A stretch of 64,000 nt of DNA from a virus. The position numbers and the translations under genes are program-made. Location: the IMG/VR virus record IMGVR_UViG_3300042562_001598, positions 89,149 to 153,148 of that record, one strand, 5' to 3'. The notes beneath the pieces were generated by a model that did no database searches, was not told the origin of the DNA, and was given only the letters and a program-made list of their open reading frames with translations. The number at the start of each line of letters is the position of its first letter. Within the stretch, counting starts at the first letter, position 1. Below, in pieces: positions 63,571 through 64,000 of this stretch.

Positions 63571-63879
63571 ATGAAAAAAGTAATAAGATTAACTGAATCC
63601 GATTTGATGAGGATTGTTAGAAGAGTGATTAAAGAGAATAACGCACCTGAAAGATATGTTATAGATATTGAAACGGGTAAAATGGTTGGAACACATCAAT
63701 ATGGTGTTGGTTTTACTGTAAATAAAATTGGTGAGAGAATGGGTTATGAATCAGACCCTGTTAGTATCCCTGATGGAACAAAGATGGAAGATAATGATAA
63801 CTCCCCTATGAGAATGGACAGATTTAATGATAGAGCTGAAATGCCTCGTATGAGAAGGTATAATGATTCACTTGAATAA
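63571..63879 (+). CDS. small protein with shared N-terminal module (MKKVIRLTESDLMRIVRRVIKEN); listed ORF 63415 starts upstream
   Basis: start right after duplicated terminator-promoter module. Confidence 0.45.
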   Translation: MKKVIRLTESDLMRIVRRVIKENNAPERYVIDIETGKMVGTHQYGVGFTVNKIGERMGYESDPVSIPDGTKMEDNDNSPMRMDRFNDRAEMPRMRRYNDSLE

Positions 63880-64000
63880 CATAAATTATTTATTAACCCC
63901 CATTTTCTTAATTGAACTTGGGGGTTTTTTATTTAATATAAATTTGTTTTATATGGGGTAATTATATATCTTTGTTGAAAATAAATTAGATATGAAAACA

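Overview
The window reads as part of a large AT-rich phage genome that infects a Bacteroidetes (Flavobacteriia-like) host. Three things support this. Bacteroidetes-type promoter -7 boxes (TAnnTTTG) sit about 20-25 nt upstream of starts. There are dozens of rho-independent terminator hairpins. Genes are densely packed, mostly on the + strand, with many ATGA start/stop overlaps. No structural or replication genes are recognisable here, so this is an accessory/auxiliary region.

Recognisable genes:
- a full type-I DnaJ
- three thioredoxin/glutaredoxin-like proteins
- a NUDIX hydrolase
- a DHH-DHHA1 phosphoesterase
- a HAD phosphatase
- a ferritin-like protein
- a secreted Serratia-type nuclease
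- an SGNH hydrolase
- a GT2 glycosyltransferase paired with a metallophosphoesterase
- proteins with peptidoglycan-binding domains, one with a glucosaminidase-like C-terminus
- an Hc1-like histone
- two leucine-rich-repeat (LRR) paralogs
- a very large DNA-methylation complement: one Dcm-like C5-methyltransferase (MTase), a tandem block of five further C5-MTase modules (two of them naturally fused), and a beta-class N6A/N4C MTase. One C5-MTase is interrupted by a LAGLIDADG intein placed exactly at the catalytic Cys of the PCQ motif.

The standout feature is about 31 paralogous minigenes of 45-95 aa each. About 18 lie head-to-tail on the + strand at 44.6-48.2 kb. About 13 lie on the - strand at 59.0-61.6 kb, as an inverted array. 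Both arrays read inward toward a roughly 10.8 kb cassette that carries the GT2, the phosphoesterase, the N6-MTase and many small genes. Every minigene has a conserved leader (MKTKIxLGKSV or MKEVITPRIRLGKSV) followed by a body built from a strict 12-nt DNA periodicity (nnTTCAGTGnnn), which gives x-S-V-x tetrapeptide repeats. Codon usage there is invariant (AGT/NNT-TCA-GTG), and there are clear 12-nt slippage expansions. This looks like a hypervariable, slippage- and recombination-prone locus of a kind I do not recognise.

Other observations:
- an N-terminal module of about 20 aa (hh-L-[TS]-E-x-[DN]-L-x-R-[IL]-[VI]) shared by 14 or more otherwise unrelated proteins
- ORF-free regions at 57.6-58.5 kb and 61.6-62.2 kb that are compositionally odd (GC-rich, dense in hairpins and iterons)
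- repeated terminator-promoter cassettes
- direct repeats flanking the N6-MTase gene
- several tandem module duplications
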